This document shows positions 7,665-16,204 of a stretch of 21,544 nt of DNA, one piece after another. Positions within the stretch are counted from its first letter, which is position 1; every line of letters begins with the position of its first letter. The translations under genes were made by a program, and so were the position numbers. This DNA is from a virus. Lineage: Duplodnaviria > Heunggongvirae > Uroviricota > Caudoviricetes. The notes under the pieces were generated by a model, which saw only the letters and a program-made list of their open reading frames with translations, was not told the DNA's origin and did no database searches. The stretch is taken from IMG/VR virus record IMGVR_UViG_2537561688_000020, one strand, 5' to 3'.

Positions 7665-8339
7665 TTAGGCCTTTATTGTGTATCTTCTTGGTTTTCCCGA
7701 GAAAATCACTGTACCAATTATAGAGCAATTACCGTTAATCTTAATGTAAGGCTCAGGCCAGTTTGGGTTTAATGCTTTGAGATAACGCTGTGTTCCATCT
7801 TCTATCAACCGCTTGAAGGTGGTTTCGCCTGAATCGTGCATCAATGCAATAACGTCGTCACCGTGGCAGGCAGGGACTTCAGGATCTACAAAAATCATGT
7901 CTCCCGGGCGGTACTCATCAATCATTGAATCACCAATCACCCGCAAGATATAAGTCATTTCGCCACAGGGTACAGGGCAGGGATAAGTTTCTGCTGTGCT
8001 CAAATCAACCTCAGAATAGCCAACTTCTTTCCATGCTCCGGCCTGTACCCATGATATGACAGGGACTAACGTTATTTGTTTGTTAGTAATTGAAACATCA
8101 GGTTTTTTTGTGATGTTTGTTGTCTGGTGTTCTTGATCAAGCCATCCGACAGGCAGGTCGAAACATTTTTCGATGTGCCGTGCCATGCTGTCACCGATAT
8201 TTTTAGTAGCACCATCTCCCATAAACCTGCTGGTCTGGGTTGGCTCGCGATCAATCATGGTGGCAAAGGAAGAATTCCCGCCAACACCATCTCTCAGTTT
8301 TCTGGCGTTAGACCGCCGGATGTCATGGACTGTTTTCAT
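7665..8339 (-). CDS. CI-like prophage repressor (N-terminal HTH plus C-terminal S24 LexA-like peptidase domain)
   Basis: 224-aa ORF. C-terminal S24 signatures (RVIGDSM, later Lys) and an N-terminal phage CI-type DNA-binding region. Divergent from a Cro-like gene. Confidence 0.85.
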   Translation of the reverse strand: MKTVHDIRRSNARKLRDGVGGNSSFATMIDREPTQTSRFMGDGATKNIGDSMARHIEKCFDLPVGWLDQEHQTTNITKKPDVSITNKQITLVPVISWVQAGAWKEVGYSEVDLSTAETYPCPVPCGEMTYILRVIGDSMIDEYRPGDMIFVDPEVPACHGDDVIALMHDSGETTFKRLIEDGTQRYLKALNPNWPEPYIKINGNCSIIGTVIFSGKPRRYTIKA

Positions 8340-8355
8340 AAAGAAATTAAAACCT

Positions 8356-8374
8356 TTGTACCGATAAGGTACAA
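8356..8374. promoter_or_regulatory. Candidate operator palindrome in the cI-cro intergenic region
   Basis: Perfect inverted repeat TTGTACC-gataa-GGTACAA, just upstream of a candidate rightward promoter (TTGAAG 8380-8385, 16 nt, TAATAT 8402-8407). Confidence 0.45.
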
Positions 8375-8429
8375 GTATCTTGAAGGTTCATCTCAATCAT
8401 GTAATATGTATACCGGAGGTACATATTGT

Positions 8430-8630
8430 ATGAAAGCGTATTGGGACTCTTTAACCAAAGAACAGCAGGGTGAGTTGGCCGGAAAAGTTGGCTCAACACC
8501 AGGCTACTTACGGCTGGTTTTCAATGGTTATAAAAAAGCCAGTTTTGTGCTGGCTAAAAAACTTGAGCAATGCACGTCAGGTGCAATTACGAAATCTGAC
8601 TTAAGACCGGATATCTATCCGAAAGATTAA
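8430..8630 (+). CDS. Cro/YdaS-like small HTH regulator
   Basis: 66-aa product from the ATG at 8430 preceded by GGAGG. The longer ORF-track version (8127..) overlaps cI antisense and is unlikely. Divergent from the repressor. Confidence 0.6.
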   Translation: MKAYWDSLTKEQQGELAGKVGSTPGYLRLVFNGYKKASFVLAKKLEQCTSGAITKSDLRPDIYPKD

Positions 8631-8661
8631 CAGAACACCTTCAATTTTTAACCACAGAACG

Positions 8662-9225
8662 ATGAGGCTAACCGTGGGTAAGCATCACTGGAAAGTAGAA
8701 AAACAGCCTGAGTGGTACGTGAAAGCTGTCAGAAAAACTATCGCGGCGTTGCCGGGGGGTTACGCTGAAGCTGCTGAGTGGCTGGATGTAACAGAGAACG
8801 CTTTATTCAACCGCCTTCGTGCAGATGGCGATCAGATTTTCCCGCTGGGATGGGCAATGATTTTACAGCGCGCGGCTGGCACTCACTACATTGCGGATGC
8901 TGTCGCACAGTCTGCTGGTGGGGTGTTTGTATCGCTTCCTGAAATTGAGGAAGTAGAGAACGCCGATATAAACCAGCGCCTGCTGGAAGTCATCGAACAG
9001 ATCGGGAGTTACTCAAAGCAGATTCGTTCGGCAATCGAAGATGGGGTAGTGGAGCCACACGAGCAGACAGCAATTAATGATGAGTTGTATCTGTCAATTT
9101 CGAAGCTCCAGGAGCATGCAGCACTGGTCTACAAAATCTTTTGCGCTCCAGAAAAGAGTGACGCCCGCGAGTGTGCAGCTCCGGGCGTCGTGGCGTTTTG
9201 TGTCTGTGGAGAAACTAACGCATGA
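8662..9225 (+). CDS. Hypothetical protein in cII position (possible CII/YdaT-like regulator)
   Basis: 187-aa ORF, first gene after cro, translationally coupled to the next gene (ATGA overlap). Family assignment is tentative. Confidence 0.4.
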   Translation: MRLTVGKHHWKVEKQPEWYVKAVRKTIAALPGGYAEAAEWLDVTENALFNRLRADGDQIFPLGWAMILQRAAGTHYIADAVAQSAGGVFVSLPEIEEVENADINQRLLEVIEQIGSYSKQIRSAIEDGVVEPHEQTAINDELYLSISKLQEHAALVYKIFCAPEKSDARECAAPGVVAFCVCGETNA

Positions 9226-10058
9226 ACAGTTTAACGGCAAATAACCGTTTGTCGCAACAGCTGGTGGTCAGCGTCGCTGAACACCTGTTGTTACGGCATG
9301 AATGCAGATTACCAAATCTCCTGGCTGTAAGTAACCACAGAGAACTTTACCTGACTGTGGGGGGCGAGTTGTGCAGGAACTTAACCGCTGGTTTCGTGAC
9401 GGAAGAGGACTTTATGTTCATGTTATTCGTTGGGAGCCAGAAACACAGCGCGTTATCTATCTTCGCAAAGACTACCCGCATGAGTGCTTTAGCCCTTTGT
9501 GGAAATTCAGGCGTGATTTTGTTGAGTGTGAAGGACCACCAGCACATTGATTCTGCCATTCCGGGACGTTACACTGTTCAGGCACCTTATAAAGCGGGTG
9601 TCGGGATTGGCGTCCTGGAATTGCATACGGCGACAATTGGCGCGTTAGCGTCTTTTTTGTTGCTACAACTCAGCTATACCCAAATTATGGTGGGCTGGGT
9701 GGGGGCACCGAAAGGTGCGCCGGTTTCCGTATGCGCCGGTTACGCCAACCCTGCTCAGTTCACCACCAGCGAAATTGGCGTTTCCGGTGGTGGAAGTTAT
9801 CCATTGCATACGGAGGCTGCCATCATGGCTACTGTCCCAGCCCTCTCTCGTCTGAATGATGAAGACTTACATAAACTCAGTTATGTAACAACTGCACTAC
9901 GTGCTCTGCGCAAGGTAACTCTTTCGGATCCGCAGGCGCATCAGGTTTTGGTAGAAACCCTTCTTAACTTGCAGGCTGAACGTATTCGTCTGGCGGATAA
10001 GGCTAATTTTCATATTCACCGTCTCCTGAATATCAGCGGAGGGCATCGTCATGCTTAA
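9222..10058 (+). CDS. Hypothetical protein
   Basis: 278-aa ORF coupled at both ends to flanking genes. No recognisable motif, no P-loop. Confidence 0.4.
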   Translation: MNSLTANNRLSQQLVVSVAEHLLLRHECRLPNLLAVSNHRELYLTVGGELCRNLTAGFVTEEDFMFMLFVGSQKHSALSIFAKTTRMSALALCGNSGVILLSVKDHQHIDSAIPGRYTVQAPYKAGVGIGVLELHTATIGALASFLLLQLSYTQIMVGWVGAPKGAPVSVCAGYANPAQFTTSEIGVSGGGSYPLHTEAAIMATVPALSRLNDEDLHKLSYVTTALRALRKVTLSDPQAHQVLVETLLNLQAERIRLADKANFHIHRLLNISGGHRHA

Positions 10059-10287
10059 TCCGTTGATCCTCAATATTTGCCGTTTGCTTCAGCGTAAAAA
10101 AACATCAATTCCTACAGTTGGGCAGTGGTACACCACACCTGCAGGGCATGTTCTACGTGTTAGCCTGGTTGACCGTGAATGCCAGAAGGTGATTTGTGAA
10201 CCGCTGGGCCGTAATTACCGCGTCAGTATGCCGCTTATAGCCTTTCGCTCCGGAAAAAACATGAAGCATCTCGGAGGTGCAGCATGA
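10051..10287 (+). CDS. Small hypothetical protein
   Basis: 78-aa ORF, start overlaps the upstream stop and its stop overlaps the next start (ATGA). Confidence 0.35.
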   Translation: MLNPLILNICRLLQRKKTSIPTVGQWYTTPAGHVLRVSLVDRECQKVICEPLGRNYRVSMPLIAFRSGKNMKHLGGAA

Positions 10288-11126
10288 GTATGGAGCTGAT
10301 GGTTAAAGCGATGAAAATTCGAGTGGGTAATCCATTGCGAAAACTGGTTCTGATCAAGCTGGCTGATAATGCCAGCGATCAGGGTGAGTGCTGGCCCAGC
10401 TACCAGCATATTGCTGACCAGTGTGAGATTAGCAAACGTTCTGTGATGAATCATATTGCGGCCCTTTGTGAGTCCGGGCTGGTAAAAAAAGTCACCCGGA
10501 AAGGTGAAAAAGGTAACTCAAGTAATATCTATCTCCTTCATCTGGATGGTGCAGGAGATTCACTAGGGGGTAGTGCAAATAATTCACTATCTGGTGCAGC
10601 AAATTCACTAGGTAGTGCAGGAGTTGCACCAGGGGGTAGTGCAGGAGATTCACCCAGAACCAGTCACTCTTTTGAACCAGTCAAAGAACCAGTCAAAGAA
10701 CCAGTCAATGAACCAGTCAATGAACCAATAGCTGTTGGTGCATCAGTTGATGAGTCCGTGCGAGTTCGTTCAAACCGACCGGAATCCTCTCCGGAGTTTG
10801 AGCAGGCATGGCTGGCATATCCCAAACGTGCTGGTGGCAATTCAAAATCTGCAGCCTTCAAAGCCTGGAAAGCCCGTTTGAATGAGGGGGTAAACCCCGA
10901 AACCATGCTGGAAGGTGTGAAACGCTACGCGGGCTGGGTATCTGCGATGGGTAACAGCGGCACACAATTTGTGAAACAGGCTGTCACGTTCTTTGGTCCG
11001 GATCGTCATTTCGAAGAATCCTGGGAAGTTCCTGCGGTATCTGCAGCTAGACGTGAGGACCCGTACTTCAAAGCCAGTTACGACAACGTGGACTACAGCC
11101 AGATCCCGGCAGGATTCAGGGGGTGA
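10284..11126 (+). CDS. Putative replication initiator (O-like) with N-terminal HTH and internal iteron-encoding linker
   Basis: N-terminal HTH typical of phage replication organisers (LVLIKLADNASDQGECWPSYQHIADQCEISKRSVMNHIAAL). Central low-complexity linker encoded by tandem DNA repeats. Sits in the lambda O position. Confidence 0.5.
   Translation: MSMELMVKAMKIRVGNPLRKLVLIKLADNASDQGECWPSYQHIADQCEISKRSVMNHIAALCESGLVKKVTRKGEKGNSSNIYLLHLDGAGDSLGGSANNSLSGAANSLGSAGVAPGGSAGDSPRTSHSFEPVKEPVKEPVNEPVNEPIAVGASVDESVRVRSNRPESSPEFEQAWLAYPKRAGGNSKSAAFKAWKARLNEGVNPETMLEGVKRYAGWVSAMGNSGTQFVKQAVTFFGPDRHFEESWEVPAVSAARREDPYFKASYDNVDYSQIPAGFRG
10657..10727. repeat. Tandem 12-bp iterons (GAACCAGTCAAA/T, about 5.5 copies) inside the O-like gene; candidate replication origin
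   Basis: Units at 10674, 10686, 10698 and 10710, a half unit at 10722 and a degenerate copy at 10657. Encode (EPVK/EPVN)n. An imperfect repeat block (ATTCACTA / GGTAGTGCA motifs) lies at 10549-10655. Confidence 0.5.
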
Positions 11127-11617
11127 TCATGAGTCTTTTGAATGAAGTTCAGAAATTCATTGAAGCCCATCCGGGGTGTACTTCCGGAGACATTGCGGAT
11201 GCTTTTGCAGGTTACTCACGGCAGCGCGTTCTGCAGTCAGCAAGCAAGTTACGTCAGAGTGGGCGTGTGGCTCACCGTTGTGAAGGAGATACACGCAGAC
11301 ATTTCCCACGCCTGACTGAGAGAGCGCAGGAGCCGGAACCACAACCAGTTCGTGAAACCAGACCTGTGCGCAATTTCTATGTCGGCACTAACGATCCCCG
11401 GGTGATTTTGTGCCTGACCCGCCAGGCGGAAGAACTGGAGTCCAGGGGCTTATACCGTCGTGCTGCAACGGTGTGGATGGCGGCATTCCGTGAAAGCTAC
11501 TCCCAGCCAGAACGAAACAATTTTCTGGCGCGTCGTGAACGGTGTTTACGGAAAAGCAGTAAGCGGGCTGCATCAGGTGAAGAGTGGTATCTGTCAGGGA
11601 ATTACGTGGGGGCTTAA
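11123..11617 (+). CDS. PerC-family-like transcriptional regulator (YfdN-like)
   Basis: 164-aa ORF containing the PerC-type motif LESRGLYRRAATVWMAAF. Coupled to flanking genes. Confidence 0.5.
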   Translation: MIMSLLNEVQKFIEAHPGCTSGDIADAFAGYSRQRVLQSASKLRQSGRVAHRCEGDTRRHFPRLTERAQEPEPQPVRETRPVRNFYVGTNDPRVILCLTRQAEELESRGLYRRAATVWMAAFRESYSQPERNNFLARRERCLRKSSKRAASGEEWYLSGNYVGA

Positions 11618-11943
11618 TGACGACGTTAACTCAATGCCAGCAGCAGGTGCTGGATATGCTGATTTCTTACCAGAAAGAACGTGGCTTCCCGCCAACCAAT
11701 CAGGAGGTGGCAACCATGCTGGGATACCGTTCGGTGAATGCAGCGGTGGAGCATCTTCGCGCACTGGAGAAAAAAGGCGTCATCACGATAAAGCGTGGCG
11801 TGGCCCGGGGGATAACGCTTCATACCGCGGTGAAGGACGACGACAGCGAGGCTGTCGGGATTATCCGCTCACTGCTTGCCGGTGAGGAAAACGCAAGGCT
11901 GCGTGCAACCCACTGGCTACATGAGAGAGGCCTGAAAGTATGA
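11617..11943 (+). CDS. LexA N-terminal DNA-binding-domain-only protein (no S24 peptidase domain)
   Basis: 108 aa from the ATG overlapping the upstream stop (TAATG). The segment LTQCQQQVLDMLISYQKERGFPPTNQEVATMLGYRSVNAAVEHLRALEKKGVI closely resembles the LexA winged-HTH domain (LTxRQQEV...GxPPTxxEIAxxLGFRSPNAAEEHLKALxRKGVI). Confidence 0.55.
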   Translation: MTTLTQCQQQVLDMLISYQKERGFPPTNQEVATMLGYRSVNAAVEHLRALEKKGVITIKRGVARGITLHTAVKDDDSEAVGIIRSLLAGEENARLRATHWLHERGLKV

Positions 11944-12329
11944 AACTGATCCTGCCTTTCCCGCCCAGCGTGAATACGTACTGGCGACACCCTAACAAAG
12001 GGGCGTTTGCTGGTAAAAGCCTGATAAGCACGGCGGGGCGCAAATTCCAGAGCGCGGCGTGCGCAGCAATAGTTGAGCAGTTACGTCGTCTGCCGAAACC
12101 AACGTCGGCACCTGCTTCAGTGGAGATCGTGTTGTTTCCTCCGGATAACCGGATCCGCGATCTGGACAACTATAACAAGGCACTGTTTGACGCCCTGACC
12201 CACGCGGGTGTGTGGGAAGACGACAGTCAGGTGAAAAGAATGCTGGTGGAGTGGGGACCGGTTATCCCGGAAGGGAAGGTCGAGATCACTATCAGTAAGT
12301 ACGAGAAAACGGCGGGTGCAGCCGCCTGA
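11940..12329 (+). CDS. rusA: RusA Holliday-junction resolvase
   Basis: 129-aa ORF with the characteristic LPFPPSVNTYW N-terminus and the acidic catalytic region (RIRDLDN, DALTHAGVWEDD). Confidence 0.9.
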   Translation: MKLILPFPPSVNTYWRHPNKGAFAGKSLISTAGRKFQSAACAAIVEQLRRLPKPTSAPASVEIVLFPPDNRIRDLDNYNKALFDALTHAGVWEDDSQVKRMLVEWGPVIPEGKVEITISKYEKTAGAAA

Positions 12330-12348
12330 TTAAGAGGAGAAACGAAGT

Positions 12349-13158
12349 ATGAATAATCTGATGGTCATTGATGGTATTGAAGTTCGTCGTGATGCTTATG
12401 GACGTTATAGCCTGAACGATCTGCATCGCGCAGCAGTAGCATCTGGTGCAAATGCCAGAACCAAGGAGCCAGGAAAGTTTCTTTCCAGCCAACAAACTGT
12501 TGAGCTTGTTCATGAATTGACCAACACCCAGAATTTGGGTGTTGACCCGGTGAGTGTGATTCATGGGGGAAATGAACGGGGAACGTATGTCTGTAAGGAA
12601 CTAGTGTATGCCTATGCAATGTGGATCAGCCCGTCATTCCATCTGAAGGTGATCCGTACTTTCGATATGGTAACCAGCGCACCGGAAAAATTATCCGGGC
12701 AGGCTGCTGACAAGATGCAGGCTGGAGTGATTCTGCTGGACTTTATGCGCAGGGAGTTAAACCTGTCTAACTCATCTGTGCTTGGGGCCTGTCAGAAACT
12801 CCAGGAGGCTGTTGGCTTACCGAATCTGGCACCGCGTTATGCCATTGATGCTCCTGCTGACGCGCCTGATGGCTCAAGCCGCCCCACGCTGTCACTGAGT
12901 GCACTGCTGAAGCAGTATGGTATCCGCCTGACGGCTAATCAGGCATATCACCAGATGGCGAAGCTGGGGATCGTCGAACAGCGCGAACGATACAGCCGTA
13001 CAGCGATTAACAACATCAAAAAATTCTGGTCGCTGACAGCGAAAGGCTGCATGTTCGGCAAGAACATCACCAGTCCCGCAAATCCGCGCGAGACGCAGCC
13101 GCATTTCTTCGAATCCCGATTCCCTGAGCTGTTAAAGCTGCTCGATACCGTTCATTGA
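12349..13158 (+). CDS. KilA-N domain protein (antirepressor-like)
   Basis: N-terminal KilA-N pattern (YSLNDLHRA ... GTYVCKELVYAYAMWISPSFHLKVIRTFD). Confidence 0.7.
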   Translation: MNNLMVIDGIEVRRDAYGRYSLNDLHRAAVASGANARTKEPGKFLSSQQTVELVHELTNTQNLGVDPVSVIHGGNERGTYVCKELVYAYAMWISPSFHLKVIRTFDMVTSAPEKLSGQAADKMQAGVILLDFMRRELNLSNSSVLGACQKLQEAVGLPNLAPRYAIDAPADAPDGSSRPTLSLSALLKQYGIRLTANQAYHQMAKLGIVEQRERYSRTAINNIKKFWSLTAKGCMFGKNITSPANPRETQPHFFESRFPELLKLLDTVH

Positions 13159-13159
13159 G

Positions 13160-14155
13160 GTGACCGTGAGAGCACTACTGACCCCTGAAATTGCCCCGCG
13201 TATGGGGATCGTATTGTTCAGGCCAGGTTCAGAGCTGATGCCCCTGTTTATGCAGGGGCGTGTCCTGCTGGAGCCTGAGCCGGAACGTTATTCATCTTTC
13301 GCCAGTGGTGCCGTTCCGGCGGCATCACAACCGCTGGCGGATGATCCTGCCATTCGGGCCGTGTTCCGCAATGAGGCAGTGATCCGTCGTGCTGGTGGCG
13401 TGGAATGTCTTGAAAGCTGGTTACTTCGTGAAAAAGGCTGCCAGTGGCCTCATTCCGACTGGCACAGCGAGAACATGACCACAATGCGACACGCGCCGGG
13501 CGCAATCCGTCTGTGCTGGCACTGCGATAACCAGCTGCGCGATCAGTTCACGGAACGGCTGGAATCAATGGCAACGGATAACTGTGCCCGCTGGGTGTTG
13601 TCTGTTGTGCGTCGGGATCTCGGTTTTGATGACAGTCACGTTGTGACAATGCCGGAACTGTGCTGGTGGCTGATTCGTAATGACCTGGCGGATGCCTTAC
13701 CGGAAAGTGCAGCCCGTAAGGCACTGAGATTACCAAAGCCTGTTGTGCCGTCTGTCACCCGGGAAAGTGACCTTGTGCCTTCGGTTCCTGCCACCAGCAT
13801 CATCCAGGATAAAGCGAAAAAGGTGCTGGCGCTGAAAGTGGATCCGGAGTCGCCGGAGTCTTTTATGTTACGCCCAAAACGTCGCCGCTGGGTTAATGAA
13901 AAGTACACGCGCTGGGTTAAGACACAGCCGTGTGCATGTTGTGGAAAGCCCGCTGATGATCCCCACCACCTGATAGGTCACGGTCAGGGTGGAATGGGAA
14001 CAAAAGCGCATGACCTCTTTGTGTTGCCTTTGTGCAGAAAGCATCACGACGAGCTGCATGCGGATACCGTGGCATTTGAAGAGAAGTATGGCTCTCAGCT
14101 GGAGCTGATATTTCGTTTTATCGATCGTGCGCTGGCAATTGGCGTATTGGCGTAA
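13160..14155 (+). CDS. DUF968-domain phage protein (YdfU-like)
   Basis: C-terminal Cys/His-rich DUF968-like segment (QPCACCGKPADDPHHLIGHGQGG ... LCRKHHDELH). Immediately upstream of the Q-like gene, as in Qin-type prophages. Confidence 0.65.
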   Translation: MTVRALLTPEIAPRMGIVLFRPGSELMPLFMQGRVLLEPEPERYSSFASGAVPAASQPLADDPAIRAVFRNEAVIRRAGGVECLESWLLREKGCQWPHSDWHSENMTTMRHAPGAIRLCWHCDNQLRDQFTERLESMATDNCARWVLSVVRRDLGFDDSHVVTMPELCWWLIRNDLADALPESAARKALRLPKPVVPSVTRESDLVPSVPATSIIQDKAKKVLALKVDPESPESFMLRPKRRRWVNEKYTRWVKTQPCACCGKPADDPHHLIGHGQGGMGTKAHDLFVLPLCRKHHDELHADTVAFEEKYGSQLELIFRFIDRALAIGVLA

Positions 14156-14168
14156 GTGGAGAACGAGC

Positions 14169-14921
14169 ATGAACCTTGAAGCCTTACCAAAATATTACTC
14201 CCCAAAATCTCCAAAATTGAGCGATGACGCACCGGCGACAGGCTCAGGTGGTTTAACGATTACGGATGTGATGGCTGCGCAGGGGATGGTGCAGTCGAAA
14301 GCACCGCTTGGGTTTGCCTTATTCCTGGCAAAAGTTGGTGTTCAGGATCCTCAATTTGCGATTGAAGGTCTGCTCAATTACGCGATGGCACTGGATAACC
14401 CGACATTGAACAAATTGAGTGAAGAAACCCGGTTACAGATCATCCCTTACCTTGTGAATTTTGCCTTTGCTGATTATTCCAGGTCTGCGGCAAGTAAGGC
14501 TCGCTGTGAGCATTGTGCTGGTACTGGATTTCATAATGTATTGCGCGAAGTGGTGAAACACTCCAGAAGCGGGGAATCTGTTATCAAGGAAGAGTGGGTG
14601 AAGGAACTATGTCAGCATTGTCATGGTAAGGGAGAAGTCAGCACAGCGTGCAGAGGGTGTAAGGGTAAAGGTATTGTCCTGGATGAAAAAAGGACCCGGC
14701 TTCATGGCACGCCTGTTTATAAGATTTGTGGGCGTTGCAATGGAAACCGGTTTAGCCGTTTACCAACCACACTGGCGCGGCATCATGTCCAGAAGCTGGT
14801 ACCAGACCTGACGGATTATCAGTGGTACAAAGGATATGCAGATGTCATTGATAAACTGGTTACAAAGTGCTGGCAGGAAGAAGCATATGCAGAGATACAA
14901 TTGAGAAATGTGACAAGATAA
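14169..14921 (+). CDS. Q-like late-gene antiterminator
   Basis: 250 aa from the ATG at 14169 preceded by GGAG. Cys-rich zinc-binding segment (CEHCAGTG ... CQHCHGKG ... CRGCKGKG). Followed by a candidate late promoter and terminator; position precedes the lysis genes. Confidence 0.65.
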   Translation: MNLEALPKYYSPKSPKLSDDAPATGSGGLTITDVMAAQGMVQSKAPLGFALFLAKVGVQDPQFAIEGLLNYAMALDNPTLNKLSEETRLQIIPYLVNFAFADYSRSAASKARCEHCAGTGFHNVLREVVKHSRSGESVIKEEWVKELCQHCHGKGEVSTACRGCKGKGIVLDEKRTRLHGTPVYKICGRCNGNRFSRLPTTLARHHVQKLVPDLTDYQWYKGYADVIDKLVTKCWQEEAYAEIQLRNVTR

Positions 14922-14951
14922 ATGGTTTTCGCCGAAGATGACGACATGATG

Positions 14952-14986
14952 CTTGCATTTTTCAAAAAATATGGATAAGATTTTCC
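14952..14986 (+). promoter_or_regulatory. Candidate late promoter (pR'-like) downstream of Q
   Basis: TTGCAT (14952-14957), 17-nt spacer, TAAGAT. A 10-bp direct repeat GATAAGATTT occurs at 14973 and 15015. A short leader runs to the terminator at 15030. Confidence 0.3.
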
Positions 14987-15029
14987 CAACGATGGGCTTT
15001 GTATGTCTACCGTTGATAAGATTTAAGAC

Positions 15030-15052
15030 CCCGCCACTGAGCGGGTTTTTTT
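15030..15052 (+). terminator. Rho-independent terminator (tR'-like), copy 1
   Basis: GC stem cccgc / gcggg with 6-nt loop cactga, followed by 7 T. Confidence 0.55.
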
Positions 15053-15084
15053 GTGCCAGATGTCTCATGAAACTATGAAATGGA

Positions 15085-15113
15085 TTGGTGCGTTAAACAT
15101 TTTTTCTTATTAT
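15085..15113 (+). promoter_or_regulatory. Candidate own promoter of the lipoprotein gene
   Basis: TTGGTG (15085-15090), 17-nt spacer, TATTAT (15108-15113). Lies between terminator copy 1 and the lipoprotein start. Confidence 0.3.
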
Positions 15114-15201
15114 CTTTTAGATTTTGGAGAGATGGTTAACGTCTGTATTCCAGAAACTCGATGATTATTTAATAAATTAGTTTCAATGATGCTTCTAGGT
15201 T

Positions 15202-15627
15202 ATGACTGTAATGAAAAAGGTATTAATAGCAGCGATAGGTTTTTGTTTAGTTGGTTGTGCAGGTATGAAATTACCTGAGTATTCGCAAGTTAAAGCAAGT
15301 CCGTATTATACAGATTGCCGTGCGTTTGCCATGGATGTTTATAAAAATGATGGATACAGCAAAATTGCGAAAACTACTATCCTTAGCATGGATGATGTGA
15401 AGGCTAGATATATTGTGACAGGGTGTGTAGTTGCTATGGGGAAAAACACTGTAGAGGAAATCAAAGCTGATCTCTCTGCTAAAGGGAGTTCTTTTGGGCT
15501 TATCAGTGGAGCTTGTTCTAGTGCGGCATGTCGGGTTGATGTAGAGCAGCAAATGAACGCTTATGTACTTGGTAGTTATTATGCTGCAAATAAAAAATTC
15601 CCGGATAAAATGAAAGCAGAGTTTTAA
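15202..15627 (+). CDS. Lipoprotein (cargo gene; candidate lysogenic-conversion or exclusion factor)
   Basis: Signal peptide with lipobox (MKKVLIAAIGFCLVGC). AT-rich (about 35% GC in a sampled stretch). Bracketed by two copies of the same terminator. Confidence 0.6.
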   Translation: MTVMKKVLIAAIGFCLVGCAGMKLPEYSQVKASPYYTDCRAFAMDVYKNDGYSKIAKTTILSMDDVKARYIVTGCVVAMGKNTVEEIKADLSAKGSSFGLISGACSSAACRVDVEQQMNAYVLGSYYAANKKFPDKMKAEF

Positions 15628-15706
15628 GTAAACCTTGTTTTCGATTATATGTCGAAGATAAATGTTAGTAACGGCATAATAAGTAAATATATAGCTGTGA
15701 TAGCAA

Positions 15707-15728
15707 CCCGCCACTGAGCGGGTTTTTT
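15707..15728 (+). terminator. Rho-independent terminator, copy 2 (identical stem-loop to copy 1)
   Basis: cccgccactgagcggg followed by 6 T. A 22-nt exact repeat of 15030-15051. Confidence 0.55.
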
Positions 15729-15850
15729 GTACCTGTAAACTTGGTGCAGTACAGTAAACACGCTGGTGGTCGTGAATACTGACTTTTTATCTTGCTGGCT
15801 TTTTAGACAAGAGTTATTGGTATGTCATGTTAACCAGAAGGGAAAAAGAC

Positions 15851-16054
15851 ATGCTAAAACAGCAAGATATGACAGAAACCGCCGCCGCAGTCCTTCATTT
15901 CTTACCTGCTGACAAGTGGGTAACGCCACGCATGATGACGAGAACTACCGGAGTAAGCGAAGCCCGGTGCCAGTTAATACTGACTCAGTTAGTTCTGGCG
16001 GGTCTGGCGAAGGATAACGGCGGGTACGGGAATAAATTCAGACGCTGCCAGTAA
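15851..16054 (+). CDS. Small hypothetical protein
   Basis: 67 aa from the ATG at 15851 preceded by AAGGGA. No recognisable domain. Confidence 0.3.
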   Translation: MLKQQDMTETAAAVLHFLPADKWVTPRMMTRTTGVSEARCQLILTQLVLAGLAKDNGGYGNKFRRCQ

Positions 16055-16204
16055 TGGCGGTTTCCTGCTGTGAAAATGGGCGGCTGGTGGGTGTTGGTAG
16101 CACCTGCCAGCCATTCGCTCATGCTTACTGGTCACAAGCGAACCATGGCCCACTGCTTTAGCGCAAAAGCAGAGTGAGCCTACCAGAGTTACGCTTACTG
16201 ATCC

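Noticed and set aside
8127-8429. Long 5' part of the 167-aa plus-strand ORF overlapping cI
   Set aside because: It lies antisense to the well-supported repressor gene. The Cro-like gene most plausibly starts at the RBS-associated ATG at 8430.
10664-10906. 80-aa minus-strand ORF ending in (GSLT)n
   Set aside because: Mirror-image artefact of the iteron repeats inside the O-like gene.
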